Assembly (NCBI GenBank): GCA_040285825.1
Contig: JAUPSS010000004.1
Coordinates: 3,080,550 to 3,144,549 of the forward strand
Direction: 5' to 3'
DNA length: 64,000 nt
Origin: Eukaryota sp. TZLM1-RC
Lineage: Eukaryota > Protista > Metamonada: BaSk clade
Shown here one piece after another: positions 32,552 to 46,160 of the stretch. The notes under the pieces are model-generated. The model was not told the DNA's origin and did no database searches. It was given only the letters and a program-made list of their open reading frames with translations. The stretch's first letter is position 1, and every line of letters begins with the position of its first letter. Position numbers and translations under genes: made by a program.

Positions 32552-33427
32552 CTAACCTAAATTTGATATGAAGGTTTGAATTAATGATCTAGCTCCTATG
32601 GCAATAACGATTGCTAATGTTGCAACCATCAACACCATCACTTTGGACCCTTTCCCTGTTCGTTTGTCCAGTTCATCCAATTCTTTGACTATACTGCCAC
32701 ACAAAATCTTTACAATATAATCCCCATATGTAAAACCAAACCCTGACCCCTGTGCTTGCCGAATTTCTTGTCTTTCACTCACATAGTCATCTACAACGTC
32801 CAGATTGTTTATTGTATCATCCCAATGGTTGAGGTAGCTCATGGTCCTATCATCATCAGTACATGCTACAATAGAAACAAACACGTTATCAGGCTTGTTT
32901 TTCAATGCTCTTTTGAACGAATTGATATCAGAGTGACCATATTCATCAGAAGGCTGGCCATCAGTAATGACAATTACCAATAATTTCTTACATGCCTCGG
33001 TACCAGTTAACACATCATGCTTATCAGCTACAACTTGATTAAAAACCTTGGTAAGCGGAGTGACACCTGATGGACGACGATTGAAGAGAACTTCGACTTG
33101 ATGTGGTGACGTGACGTTGTTCATACCACTAGAGTTGAGGAAATAGACATCGATGCCATCAGAGTCTAGGGTAGTAGCTAGTTGTGCAATAACAGAAACC
33201 TGGCTTTTAAGTTCATCCCATCTAGTTCTAAATGGAGCAGAACTGTGAGTAGGGGCTACAGGAGTGTTCATGGAACCACTGTCGTCTCCAATAAGTACAA
33301 TATCAAAACCTTCAAGTTGACGCAGATGCATGGCCATTGGTTCGGAGATTTCATAGTCTCGCACTAGTTTAAGGAACCGTTCATGTGGAGAAAGTATAGG
33401 AGCATCAAGACCTTCTGTGTGGTACAT
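32552..33427 (-). CDS. von Willebrand factor A domain protein with C-terminal membrane anchor
   Basis: MIDAS DDSGSM, GVTPL, VITDGQP, hydrophobic C-terminus. Confidence 0.85.
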   Translation of the reverse strand: MYHTEGLDAPILSPHERFLKLVRDYEISEPMAMHLRQLEGFDIVLIGDDSGSMNTPVAPTHSSAPFRTRWDELKSQVSVIAQLATTLDSDGIDVYFLNSSGMNNVTSPHQVEVLFNRRPSGVTPLTKVFNQVVADKHDVLTGTEACKKLLVIVITDGQPSDEYGHSDINSFKRALKNKPDNVFVSIVACTDDDRTMSYLNHWDDTINNLDVVDDYVSERQEIRQAQGSGFGFTYGDYIVKILCGSIVKELDELDKRTGKGSKVMVLMVATLAIVIAIGARSLIQTFISNLG

Positions 33428-33464
33428 TTAAGCAAGAGGGATATTGAGGAAGAAAATATTTTTT

Positions 33465-34378
33465 GAGACTGACTAAATCCAAAACTAGTTACAAAATTGA
33501 CTAGATACAAAATCAATCTCCTCACTTGTTCTTTGATGACTTCAGTCAAATCCAAATGTTCTTGATACTGGATAATAAACACCATTTTATTGTTGACTAC
33601 TGATGACTGTCTCTCTTACATGCTCAAACAACGATGGGTCTCTCCTTTGTCTAATTTGTTTATTCTTTGATGCTGGTGGTCTACCTCTGGTGCGCTTTGT
33701 TGCAACAACAGGTGGTTGTGGACCTTTCAAGCCAATATCTAGAAGTTCTTTGAGCTTTGGAAGAATCATCACCTTGCTGGTTTCTGAAAGCATATGCAGT
33801 TCATTCAACACCACATCATATTCTGACTGCTCTTGTGATTCTTCCTCAACATTCTGTTGCTCGGAATTACAAAATATCAGTGTAATTCCTCCATATGTTG
33901 CTGGGCCCACCAGAGCCGATATCCAGAATATCCTGATAGGTTAGGGAGTTTCGGATGGTTATGTGTTCCGTCACTACTTTTGACCTTCCAAATGCTGTTT
34001 TCCATTGATAAATAAACTCTGAACGTACAATCTTGCTTTATTGACCTAGAATAGTCTACAACATCATGAGTTTCTGTTGAGATTTCATCAAGGACCGAAT
34101 CAACTTCACTAGAAAACTGACCTTGGGTACAATGGAGGTAAGTGAAGATATCACTAGTAGAGGCAGAGATGTAGAGGACGAAGCCTTCTCGGAAACCCCA
34201 CACTTTAATAGCATTGATAAGGGAATCACGACAGGTGGAGGAGAGTAGGGGTGCATGAGTTGTTTCTAACAGTGAGGGATGTGACGTCATGTGTTGGTAA
34301 ACAGAAGTGGAAACAGTGCAGCGAGATTGATTTTGTATCTAGTCAATTTTGTAACTAGTTTTGGATTTAGTCAGTCTC
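33465..34378 (-). mobile_element. Internally deleted Mutator-like (MULE) DNA transposon
   Basis: Perfect 56-bp TIRs (33465-33520, 34323-34378) and 8-bp TSD TATTTTTT. Contains a FAR1-type DNA-binding domain (DCTFRV..W.V...THNHP) and MULE C-terminus (TRGRP..RRDPSLFEHV), but no DDE core. Confidence 0.9.
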
Positions 34379-35328
34379 TATTTTTTTTGCCTCGTCAATT
34401 TTTTCCAAACATTTCCAACCTACCTATGCCTTTCACTGGTATGAGTGTAACTGGGCTGAGGAAAGAGAGCTTCATAAGGGGATGCTGTGATAGTCATTGA
34501 AAAATTGTCTTTATTCATAAAATACATTTTCTTGCTGCCTCCTTAGATTCTTCCGAAACCGAAACCATCCACTTAAACCTCCACAATCACACCGCATTCC
34601 CCTCAGTTTTTATCACTCGCACCGTTAACGCTCTTGTCCGTCATCTTTCTTTTACTCATCCTATTTTAACCCAGTTTGAGGAGATTCTACAATGGAGTCC
34701 AAATACAACACCAAGTGATGACGTGAAAGTTTCTATTACCACCTTCAAACTTAAACTCATAGCCTCTATCAAATATGGAGAGAAGTGCTCTGTATTGAGC
34801 TCAGGCTTTATCTATAAATACATAAACGACTGGGTAATCTTTATTCATTCAGTTTTTGCCTGGTTGAAGTTGATTACGGTCAAGAAATTTGATGAAGTTT
34901 TGTTTGTTCATTTACTGATTCTGTATTCACTGTTGATAATTCAGAGGTTACTTTTGGTGATTCTTCATTTAATAGTCATTTGTCCCAAACTCTTGTTGGT
35001 ATTAACAATTCATCTCCTTTGCCTTTGTTTAATATATTGTTGATATAGATGTTTTAATTTTTTCTACTGATTCTATTATTATTTAAAACCGTTCTTGTTC
35101 GTAATGCTAATGATGGTCACTTTGAATTAACCAAAGCTATTTTTCCTATGAATGATGCCAATTTTGTACAACTTGAAGGTAAAGTTTTTGATATTAAAAT
35201 CAATACTAAAGTTAATGGTACCAATGTTGATATTTCTGATTCAACTTCCAATTTTGATGCCTCAATTGTGCTCAATAAATCTAATCTTACCTTGACCATT
35301 GTTGACCTTTTTCAGTATATAGTAAATT

Positions 35329-38300
35329 TTTTTGTATATTTTTATTTATTCCAACAAAAACAAACTATACGACAGGGTTAAAATTCTATGTCTTTATAAC
35401 CCAAATCAGCCAAGAAGAATTGACTGGAGGTTCTTCTTTCATCAACGCGTCCAAGAGATAACAAATCTGAAGATAATAAGGGAACAACACCATTGAAAAT
35501 TGAAAATACAATTCTGTTCTGCCAAAAACTCTTGTCAAAAACTGTTCCAGTACGTTGTTTCACAAATTCAACAAGATCATCCAGAAAAGATAAAGCAAGA
35601 GGTCCAAGCGAGCCATGAAGGGAAACTGCAAATGGACAGAGGACATAATGAGTATGCGATTCTGCATTTAAGGATAACAATTTTGCTTTATATTTGTCAA
35701 TTTTGGCTTTTTTGGAAACAGTTAAGGGGTCCCTATATTTTGATTGAGCCATTGGAATAAAAGAATCATTACAGGCATCAGTAGATCTCACATCTGTAAT
35801 AATGGTAGTACCTTCAAGACCTTCAAGCATTAAATCACCTCTATTTCGACCAAACGAATTCACAGTATCTTCATCAACCAAACGGGAAAGTAGTGGTTCT
35901 AAATAGGAAACAATTCTATGTGATTTTGACATACAATAGAGTTGATCTCTTACCGCATCATGAACTTTTGATCGGAAAGTAATAAAATGTTTACAATTGA
36001 ATAAATGATTTGGAGAAATTTTTGATCCACATTTACAAATCAAATTATAGGGCACGTTATCAGGCCAAATAAGACAACGAAAGCGCATTGTACAAGAAAA
36101 TTCGGTATCATTTAAAAGAAGACCATATATTTGAGGAATCTGAGTAATTAAACACAAAGAGGAACTGTTTTGGACATCTAAAAAAAGTTGCGAAAGCGGG
36201 ATTATCTTTTTTGGCCGAGCCAAGACGAACATTAAAATCCAAGCCTTCAAAAAATATGGTTAACTTGTGTTGCAATTTTTTAACACAATACCTCAAATTA
36301 ACTAGTGTTCTAGATGGTATTTTCTGTACGTTGTCGGGAAAACAATTACTCCAAATCTCAGAGGGCAAACAATCAAGTGCATTTTGTAAGTCTCTAAGAA
36401 AATTATTGTTTGTAAAATTCAATAAATTAACATCATTGGGACAACGGTTGCAAAATTCAAAAACAAAATTTTTCCCTCCACCAAGAAAAGCAGCTTGACA
36501 GAAAATAGACGATTTAGTAAAATTAAAGCCACCAAAATTTGATGATGACAATACATGACTTCGAATTGGTTCAGGATTGACATCAATCAAAGATGCAAAA
36601 AAATTTTGTTCTCAAATAGTTAAATGAGCGGCAAAACTCACGTGGAATATCAGGAGATGGTGTTCTTAAAATGTGAGTAATTTTACCGGAGTAGCAAATT
36701 TTTAAGATAAAAAACTTGATATGTTTCTCAATTTCAAATGACGAAATTGTGTCAAGTTCAGAACCCAATTCATTAAAAGATTATTCAATTCTTCAGTAAT
36801 TTTCAAATTTTTATTCAACAACAAATATGAAATACACAATTAAAACTCCACATCCTCAAAACCTGCCTCCCCTACATTAAAACAATTAATCGCTAAAGAT
36901 TCAGAAAATTTCCCAAAAGAAGATAGTGAATCAGAAATTAGTGTTACCATTCCCTTAAAAATAGAAAATACAATCCTGTTTTGCCAGTAAACACGATTGA
37001 AAATTCTTCCAGTTCTTTCCTTTACAACTACAACAAAATCCTCAAGGAAAGCCATAGCAGCCTTACCTAGAGATCCAAGCAAAGAAAAAACAAATGGACA
37101 TAAATTATATTGGGCATGAGAATTTTCATTAACCGAGGAAATGGGTTTCGCATATTTAGCAATTTTATATTTTTCGCCTGCAAGAAGAGGATTATTTACA
37201 TCCGAGTTAATGAAATGTTCGTTAGAGGAATTACAAGGGTCAATAGACATGGCGTCCAAAATAGTAAAACTACCATTTAAACCGGGAACAACTAGATCAC
37301 CTCTAGTCAAACCCATAGAAGCTCTGTTGTAACGCGTACTGTCAATATTGGGATCATCAAGAATTAATTTTGATAACAGCGGTTCTAAAAAGGAATCTAC
37401 ACGATATGATTTGCACATTACATAAATTTGGTCCCTGACGTTATTATGCACTTTGCTTCTATACGTAATGAAATGTTTACAGTTCAAAAGATGAGTAAAC
37501 AAAAGAGGTTTACCACATTTACAAGTTAAATGATTGGGCAAATTGTTTGGCCACAGAAAACAACGAAAACGCATGTTTAAAAGCCATTCATTGTCTTTTA
37601 GCAAAAGTCCATAAACAGAGGGAACTTGAGTTACTAAAGCAGCAGCAGAACTATCACGAATATCCTTTAAAAAATTACCGAAAGCGGGATTTTTAGTTTT
37701 GGCCAAGCCAAGTCTTACTTCATAATCCAAGCCTAATCAGTAATTTTTGGAACATTTCCAAGCCAGCATGCTAGGAAACGAAAAGCATCTGCGGAATAGT
37801 TAAGAAAACGAATTTCAACACCATCAATGGTTAATCTATCTTTTACCTTTCCTGTGAGGAGACATTTGTCAGCATTAAGCAAAAGACCAATAGCTCGGTA
37901 AAACAGTGATGCTTCAGAAGCAATTTCAATTAAAACATTTAATGGACCAATAATTGAGATATCATCCATGTATCCTACTATCTTCAACATAGGATAGCAA
38001 TTACTGAAATGAATCAAAGACTTGTAAATTGCTAAACAAAAGAGTAATGGCCCAAAGGGAACACCTTGCTTAACTTCGGAAGACGAAAATAGAGTACAAG
38101 ATTCATAAATTAGTTCACCGGCTTTGCCATAAAATAAATAAAAATAGCTGGATAATTCTGGAAATTCTTTTTGGATAACTTCATAAACTGCACCTCGATG
38201 TATTAACTTATTTCTTAAAATCTTAATTGAAAATAAAATTCTGATTATAAGAATTCAAAAATAAATCAGAAGTCAATGCAGCAACTGATGCACCATCAAT

Positions 38301-39195
38301 TGTTTTAATTCCAAATTGAAGAGGTGCTAAAAGTTTTGCAGCCTTGGAAGCAACACGATTAAACACAATTGAAGCAAGAAGACGAGTAATTGATTCGCCA
38401 ACGGCAATTGGACGAAATCCATCTGGCTTCTTACCATTTCCAGGTTTGACCAAGGCAATTAACCGAGCAGCTAGTAATTCAGTCGGAAAAATGGTATTAA
38501 GACAAACTAGATTTTGAAAATATTCTGCAAGATCGTCACATATTTTAGGAGCTTTCCTGCAATCGGATTTCAATATATCAAACGAAATACTATATGGACC
38601 TGCTGCTTTACCTTTGGGAAGATGGTTGATCGCAGTCTGTACTTCAGATAAATTTATCAGAGCATCAGTCCAAAACTTGCAAATTTTTGGCTTCGGACAA
38701 CAGAAATCTTCCACAGGATGAAGATTTTTCAATTTTCTAATTGTTTTATCAAAGGGCTTAGTCAATTGAGAGGAGAAAATAGCTTTTTTAGCTGAACCAT
38801 ATCGGCCTCTGAGACACATTTTTCTTACCAATTTTGTTTTTTGTGCACGTGACATTGAAAGTCTTGTTTTACGTAATTTCTTCAAAAGAGACTTTTTCTT
38901 TGCAAAAAATTCCCACAAATCAGTAATGGTCCAATTATTATTATTCTTCAATTGAGAAGAACAATTCCGCAGTTCCAAAGACAAACGAACGGAACTTGCG
39001 GGGCTTGTGTCAACAGGAATTTTCACAGGGGGTCTCAAAATATTCTTGGCAGTACATGCAATTTTGCATTTGCAAAATAAAACTGGCCGACCGTTGATTG
39101 ACTCAGTTAGATCTTTTTTGGGAAAAAATACAAGTGTTAGGAAAACGCATTGGAGCATTATGATCAACGTTAGATAAGGTCAAAGAATTAGATTG
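35329..39195 (-). mobile_element. CRE-like RLE non-LTR element, family C (RT plus RLE), containing a nested family B copy
   Basis: LPKGKAAGP, PDGFRPIAVGE, YMDD, RLE ORF 35378..36250. TSD ATAGTAAATT at 35319-35328 and 39196-39205. Confidence 0.9.
36804..37736 (-). mobile_element. 5'-truncated family B CRE-like element nested in family C
   Basis: Near-identical to 41745..42670. TSD TCAGTAATTTT at 36793-36803 and 37737-37747. Confidence 0.9.
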
Positions 39196-40659
39196 ATAGT
39201 AAATTAAGTAAATTCTTTTTTGGTTCTTCCGATATTTCCAACTTATCTTCAGACTGGGTTCCCAGTCATTAAGAGAAGAAAATTAAGAGAACTGGAAATA
39301 TTCTTTTCATCTTTAAATAATATGGAACCATTATCAAGATGTAAGAAATTAACAAATTATTATTATCATACTACCAAATTTCCATAGATTTCATCATTAA
39401 AAGAATTTTATATTTATGGTCCGATTGATGTTGAATCTAATATTTCTCAAATAAAAGTTTTAAAAATTCATCCATCAATTAGATGAAACTGGTCTTTACA
39501 TAAATTAATTGAATGGAGATTTCAATTGAATGATAAACAATCAACTATTAATATCAATTATACTGGTGAATTCAAAAAGTTAATTAACAATTTAGACAAT
39601 GTTTTTAGTGATATGGATTTGCTCATAAGACCTTGGTAAAGGTGATGTTTATTTTTGAAAAAATGGAGGCTTTAATGTTGAAAGTTTGTTTAGATGCATT
39701 ACAAAAAGAGGTTTACTTAATACTTACATTAGGATTTTTCTACATATCTAGATACAACTAGTTGATGAACCGTTCTTACCATCATTTGATAAAATTTCAT
39801 TTAATCATGAATTTATTATTGTTAAGTTCGCAGGTTCAATAAAAAATATTGTATTTTAAACGAAATTTAGCAAGTCAATTTGATGTATGGATTTTAGTTC
39901 ATTAAAATGTGTCAAGGACAACCTGAAATCAGGGTAGTCACTCAAGAACTTTTCGTGCTAGGGCGTATAATATTTCTTACTTAAAATGTATTAGAAATAC
40001 AATTAACTTATTAAAAACAAAGAATATTACACACTAGAAAAACAAAATGACCAACATGGAAAAAATAAAAAAAAATAGAGAAAACATTCATGATAGATGA
40101 TTTGTTCAAAATTTCATTTAGTTATAGTGAAAATTATCTACATATATTCTCAGATTAAGGTAATAAAAATATAGATAAACTATGTCCTTTAAAGGAGACA
40201 AAAATACAAAATACTGAGTTTTATTGTTTTGATATAAGAGATTTAAAAAAAATAAATTTTCTTGGAATGATGGAACAAAGATTTAATAATAGAGGGCGTA
40301 CTATTTTTTACTAGCCAAATTATAAGATTAAACGAAGCAGAAAGTGCTCAAAAGTAACCTGCCAGAGAGAAGCAAGGTTGACCCTACCACATATACTGGA
40401 ATCTGGGAAAACAGAGGGATTGGAATTAGGTATTTTCCCCAGGAGTTAATTGCTACTAATTCAGTTAGTAATTTTGCAGAGTATTTTTATATTCGAAACA
40501 ACTTTTTCCGCAAATAGCAAACAACATATCAAAAAATGGTTGATTTAAGAACTGATATTTAAGACTTTATTTCAACTTTCTGTTGTGATTTGAACCTTTC
40601 TTCATTTTTACCTTTTGTTTGATTTTGTGGTTATGGGTTTAAACAATTTTCAATTGTAT

Positions 40660-43420
40660 TAACCAAACGAAGATTTGGAATGTGTGCTACTAATGAACCT
40701 TTTGTAACAAAAATGAGATTATATTTGAACATACTGTGAAACGTAATTGTATTTTTGATGTGCTTCTTCATGATTTTCCTGAACTTTCTGCATATTTTTA
40801 TTTATTTTATGGAAAAAAATCAGACTTAATTTTTGACTCCTTTACCCTTGAATCTTCTTCTGGTGTGAAACAAGGTGATCCTCTTGGCCCTTTGCTGTTT
40901 TGTTTGGCTATTCATAATATTATTAAAATGACACAACAAGATTTCCCTGATTTGCGTATTGTTGCCTATATGGATGACATTTCTATTATTGGTTCTTTTG
41001 AAAGCATTTCTAGGGTCTCTGAAAACATTGCGGCGAAATACTAGGAAATTGGATTAGCTTTGAACCCATCTAAATGTCTCTTGATTGGTAGAGAAAAACA
41101 ATCTTTGATGATTGGTGGAGCTCAGATTCCTTTTATCAATTATGACCAACAAGCTTTTAAGTTTCTTGGATGTTGGCTTGGCAATTTGGATGAAATTTAT
41201 TCCCAGTTAAACAATTTATTGGAGAAGTTTGACAAGGATCTTAGTTTTATTGCTGAATGTGACATTGAGAAACACATCAAATTTTTTATTTTATAAATTT
41301 GTTATTCTGGAAAATTCACTCATATTTTAAGGTCAACTCCCCCTTCGGTATCTCTCAATTTTTGCAGATCTTTTAACAAACTTCGAGTCAAATTTTTTCT
41401 TTTTATTAGAAGTAAATGAATCTTTAATTCGAAGTCATGTATTTTGTTCAGCAGATTTGGGTGGCATTGGATTCACCAAATCTTCGATTCTGTGTAAAGC
41501 AGCATTTTTGGGAGGTGGTAAAAATTTTGTTTTGAATTTTTCCAAAGGTTCCCTTTTGATGTTCATCTGATCAATGGTGAATCAAATTTTTATTTGAATC
41601 AACTTCAAATCGAATTAGATAATTTGCCTAGTGATATCTGGATTCAGTGTTTTCCTCAAAATGTTCAAGAAATTCCCACCCGATCACTTCCAAATTTACG
41701 TTTTTGCTTGAAAAAGCTTCAGCACCATCTGGTTAAATTATATGAAGGCTTGGATTATGAAGTAAGACTTGGCTTGGCCAAAACTAAAAATCCCGCTTTC
41801 GGTAATTTTTTAAAGGATATTCGTGATAGTTCAGCTGCTGCTTTAGTAACTCAAGTTCCCTCTGTTTATGGACTTTTGTTAAAAGACAATGAATGGCTTC
41901 TAAACATGCGTTTTCGTTGTTTTCTGTGGCCAAACAATTTGCCCAATCATTTAACCTGTAAATGTGGTAAACCTCTTTTGTTTACTCATCTTTTGAACTG
42001 TAAACATTTCATTACGTTTAGAAGCAAAGTGCATAATAACGTCAGGGACCAAATTTATGTAATGTGCAAATCATATCGAGTAGATTCCTTTTTAGAACCG
42101 CTGTTATCAAAATTAATTCTTGATGATCCCAATATTGATAGTACGCGTTACAACAGAGCTTCTATGGGTCTGACTAGAGGTAATCTAGTTGTTCCTGGTT
42201 TAAATGGTAGTTTTACTATTTTGGACGCCATGTCTATTGACCCTTGTAATTCCTCTAACGAACATTTCATTAACTCGGATGTAAATAATCCTCTTCTTGC
42301 AGGCGAAAAATATAAAATTGCTAAATATGCGAAACCCATTTCCTCGGTTAATGAAAATTCTCATGCCCAATATAATTTATGTCCATTTGTTTTTTCTTTG
42401 CTTGGATCTCTAGGTAAGGCTGCTATGGCTTTCCTTGAGGATTTTGTTGTAGTTGTAAAGGAAAGAACTGGAAGAATTTTCAATCGTGTTTACTGGCAAA
42501 ACAGGATTGTATTTTCTATTTATAAGGGAATGGTAACACTAATTTCTGATTCACTATCTTCTTTTGGGAAATTTTCTGAATCTTTAGCGATTAATTGTTT
42601 TGATGTAGGGGAGGCAGGTTTTGAGGATGTGGAGTTTTAATTGTGTATTTCATATTTGTTGTTGAATAAAAATAAATAAGGTAAAAAAATATTTGAACAT
42701 CCCCATCAACCAATTATTATCAAAAGAAAAATGTATTTGTTCGAATTCACCTCTGCTCACTTTGCGCCATGCTCTGAATTGCTCTAAATTGATAACTTAT
42801 CGTTCTTCATTACATGATGCTGTTAGAGACACTGTTTTCAATATGGCACAAACTGCAAGGATATCGTTTATCAAAGAGCCCCTGCTGAAGAAAACACTTT
42901 CTCTGAATAATTTTGGTTCTGATGATAGAGGTGATGTATACTGTGATTGGATTGATAATTCTGAAGCTATTGTTGACTTTGTCTAATGTAATGTTGCAAA
43001 TGATACTTTGGTTCACAGAAGAAAACTTAACTCTGTAGGTGTTCTTGAATTTAAAGTTACAGAAAAACATACAAAATATGACAAAGATGTCGACGAGGCT
43101 AATGCTGATAGAAATACACCACTAGTTTTTATTGATTTCCCATTTTCGATCAACTGAAGACTATCAGTAGAAGCAGAAACTTTTTTGAATGACTTCCAAA
43201 AAATGGTTCAAGAAAAAATAATGAAAAGATTTGATTTTTTTATGGCTCTCTCGGATTCAATTTGCCATTATTAATTGATTGCCTTGGTTTTTCAATCGAA
43301 TTACAGAAGCTTTAGCTAGACAGTAAGCAAATCAAGATTTTGTAGAGGAATTCTTAATTAAATGATTTTCGTCCCATTAGTTATGAATTAATTTTATGAA
43401 GTTTGCATGTTCAATAAATA
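40660..43420 (+). mobile_element. 5'-truncated family A element (40660..40732 plus 42689..43420) interrupted by family B
   Basis: RRFGMCATNEPFVTKMRLYLN continues as NIPINQLLSKEKCIC after the insertion. Confidence 0.85.
40733..42688 (+). mobile_element. 5'-truncated family B CRE-like element (RT C-half plus RLE) nested in family A
   Basis: GVKQGDPLGPLLFCL, YMDD, RLE ORF 41594..42640, A-rich tail. TSD ATATTTGAACAT at 40721-40732 and 42689-42700. Confidence 0.92.
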
Positions 43421-44830
43421 TTTATTAATTAATCAAAATTACTCTATTTTTTTTCTTTCAATTTTATCGAAAGAACCATAGAGACATCATTTGAAACACA
43501 AAGACTGAAAAAACAAAGATTTCGTACATTTCAAAAACCTAAATGAGAAAGACAAAAGGTCTTAATGACTACCACGTGCACATATTAGACGACCAACTTA
43601 TTGATTACTCGAGTCATTTGGTTAACCAACAGCAAATTTATCTCCTAATGTGCCTAAGGTTACCTAACTTACATGTAATTACATTACATTAATTACTACT
43701 AATGTACCTAACCTAACCTAACTTACATGTTATGAATAAACATGAAAAGTATACACTAAATCACTCTTTTATTGCAGCACACACTACATAGAGCCCAGTC
43801 CTTAACTGTCAACAACATATTACAAACCTTAAACCAACAGTTGGACTCAGCAAACGAGGTCTATGGATTGATCTAATCTTGGTTGAATGTCAGTTGAAAG
43901 AGCGAGCAAGATGCAGTTGGTGATGTATGAAGGTAAAAACAACTGTGCGAGTAATGGGACATAAAGGCAATGATGATAGAATCACTGTTTGTTATATTTT
44001 AAACAAATGTAAAAACAATTGCAAACAATGCAAATTAAGACAACAAGCATAAAGTGGAAATTTACAGGCAATTTTACCTTGAAAGTATGAAAATTGTAGT
44101 GCCTTGTTCAATAAAACTGGTTGGATTCATGTTGATGATTTCAATAATCGTTATGGGAAAAATATTGAGCTATTCAATCAGAAAAATAGTGGCAATACAT
44201 GTTTAATAATGGGTTATTCTATTCATTGGCCTGAGAAATCGCTGCATTTCCACCACCATGTGTATCATCAGCATCATCTATTATTGCCATTAGTCTAGGG
44301 GAAAACAGTGAAGATGCTGAATAGCATTCTCGATTGAGGCTGTTTGTCGTAGACTCTCATCCCAAGTAGCACCATGAGCCAACATTTATATCAAATTATA
44401 TAAAATTAATTTTTTTTACATTTTTGTTGTTGTAGTCCAAATAAAACTGATTTTTATTATTTTTCGATCGTTGAAAAATTAGAAAATTATAATAATATTC
44501 GTTAATTATTTTCTACTGAAAAAGCAGCAATTGCAATCTGAAATACTTAACTCTGAGAATAGAATTGATCAGTTGTTAAAAGAAAAGAAACAGTTACAAA
44601 CTTTAATTAGTCAATTAAGGGCAAATTTAATTGAAGATGCTGGTAACCAAGCGAACTCAATTGAACAAAAAAATGGGGAAAAATTAACCAAGTTTCAAAG
44701 CAGTACGCATCCTTAAAAGGACATTTCGGATCCAACAACATATTGACTGTCTAACATAAAGTGATAACAATGAAAGATGTAAAGGTACCAGAGAACATCC
44801 CTAAATTTGTACAAAAGAGTTGCTGCTTCC

Positions 44831-45124
44831 CTACAGACTCTTAGATCGCCAAAGAGAATCATCTATGTCTAAATCACCGTCGTCAGAAGATACCTCGTCT
44901 GCTTCCATGGTGGAAGATGTAATTGTTGTTGTTTCAGATACTTGTGGTACAATCAACTCCTTGAGGGTGTCAAGCCGTTTGGCATACTCTACTTGGTGAG
45001 AAATGTCTTCTTCAGTCTCCAAGTGACTATAAACTTCATCAACATAATCATCAACCGAAGGTTGAATTGAAGCGCTTTCAGTCTTTAACTCATCATCAAA
45101 TTCTTGAAAAGGGTCGCCAGACAT
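44831..45124 (-). CDS. Small acidic protein resembling the C-terminus of ZNF830/CCDC16
   Basis: FQEF..EL, QVEYAKRLDTLK and acidic tail ending LWRSKSL resemble the ZNF830 EQI.CY.RVE.L and DWRAK motifs. Confidence 0.5.
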   Translation of the reverse strand: MSGDPFQEFDDELKTESASIQPSVDDYVDEVYSHLETEEDISHQVEYAKRLDTLKELIVPQVSETTTITSSTMEADEVSSDDGDLDIDDSLWRSKSL

Positions 45125-45829
45125 ATTTGGGAAGTGAAAAGGAATAAGACTTTGTGTTCAAATAACTCTTTTCGAATTTCTTTCTTCTGGATGAAGTTTT
45201 ATTGATCTAAAATACTATCTAATATTCAATATCCTCCAAACAAGCATAACAATTACTAAACCTACTCACAATATTTCGCTCATATTCTACACCAATAGCT
45301 AAAAGAGCTTTGAAATCATTGTCGGAATAGAGTTAAAAATGAAAAAAGCACTTCTATTTAACCAAAATTTGTACTTTTAAAAAAATTTAACCAAAAAGAA
45401 AAATTCAATTTTTGACGAGATCTCTTTTGCAAAACTGACTTGCAATTCTGAAGGTCCAATTTTACCAAAAAGAGAAATAGCAAACGGTACAAACTGATAT
45501 TCACATGTTCGACTCTACCTAAACGTGGCAATGGTTCTTCATATTTTTTAATTTCTATTTTGCGGTGTTGGATATTGGCAATTCAACAGAATACGCCCAA
45601 CGAATTTCGCAGTTTTTCGATATTAACATTTACATAATGAAAGAACTCGTGTGAAATGGACTTATGTTTGTGGGTCCACTTTTAAACCACTGCCTCAGTT
45701 TAAATGTAAGCAACTCTTGTCTGTTGCTAACAAAACTAAATACAAAACACAGCACCTATCCTTGAATGTCCCTCATTGCTGCATGTATCCATTTACTTTC
45801 TCCTTGTCTGGTTTAAACAAAATGTTGAG

Positions 45830-46160
45830 TCAATGAAAATTCTCATGTCCAATATAATTTATGTCCATTTGTTTCTTCCTTGCTCGGAACTTTAGGTGAG
45901 GCTGTGGCTTTCCTTGAGGATTTCAATGTAGTTGTAAAGAAAAGGACTGGAAAAATTTTCAATCGTGTTTACTGGCAAAACTTGATTGTTTTATTATAGG
46001 GCAATGGTGAAATTAAACTCTCATCCACCTTCTGATTTTGGTAAGTTTTCTGAATCCTAGCAATTAACTGTTTTCATGTAAAAAAGGTAAGTTTTGAGGA
46101 TGTGGTGCTTTTGTTTTGTATTTTTTGATTTTTTATTCGTCATTTAATGAACAAATATAA
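45830..46160 (+). mobile_element. 3' fragment of family B element
   Basis: aatgaaaattctcatg..caatataatttatgtccatttg...aatcgtgtttactggcaaaac matches about 42350..42640. Confidence 0.8.

Larger units (their letters stand above)
34550..39860 (+). pseudogene. Degenerate unidentified gene (about 34550..35328 plus 39206..39860) split by the family C insertion
   Basis: Broken coding-like stretches on both sides of the ATAGTAAATT duplication. No family recognised. Confidence 0.3.

Noticed and set aside
43655-43730. Telomere-like (AACCT)n repeat
   Set aside because: Only about three units within low-complexity sequence, at an internal position.
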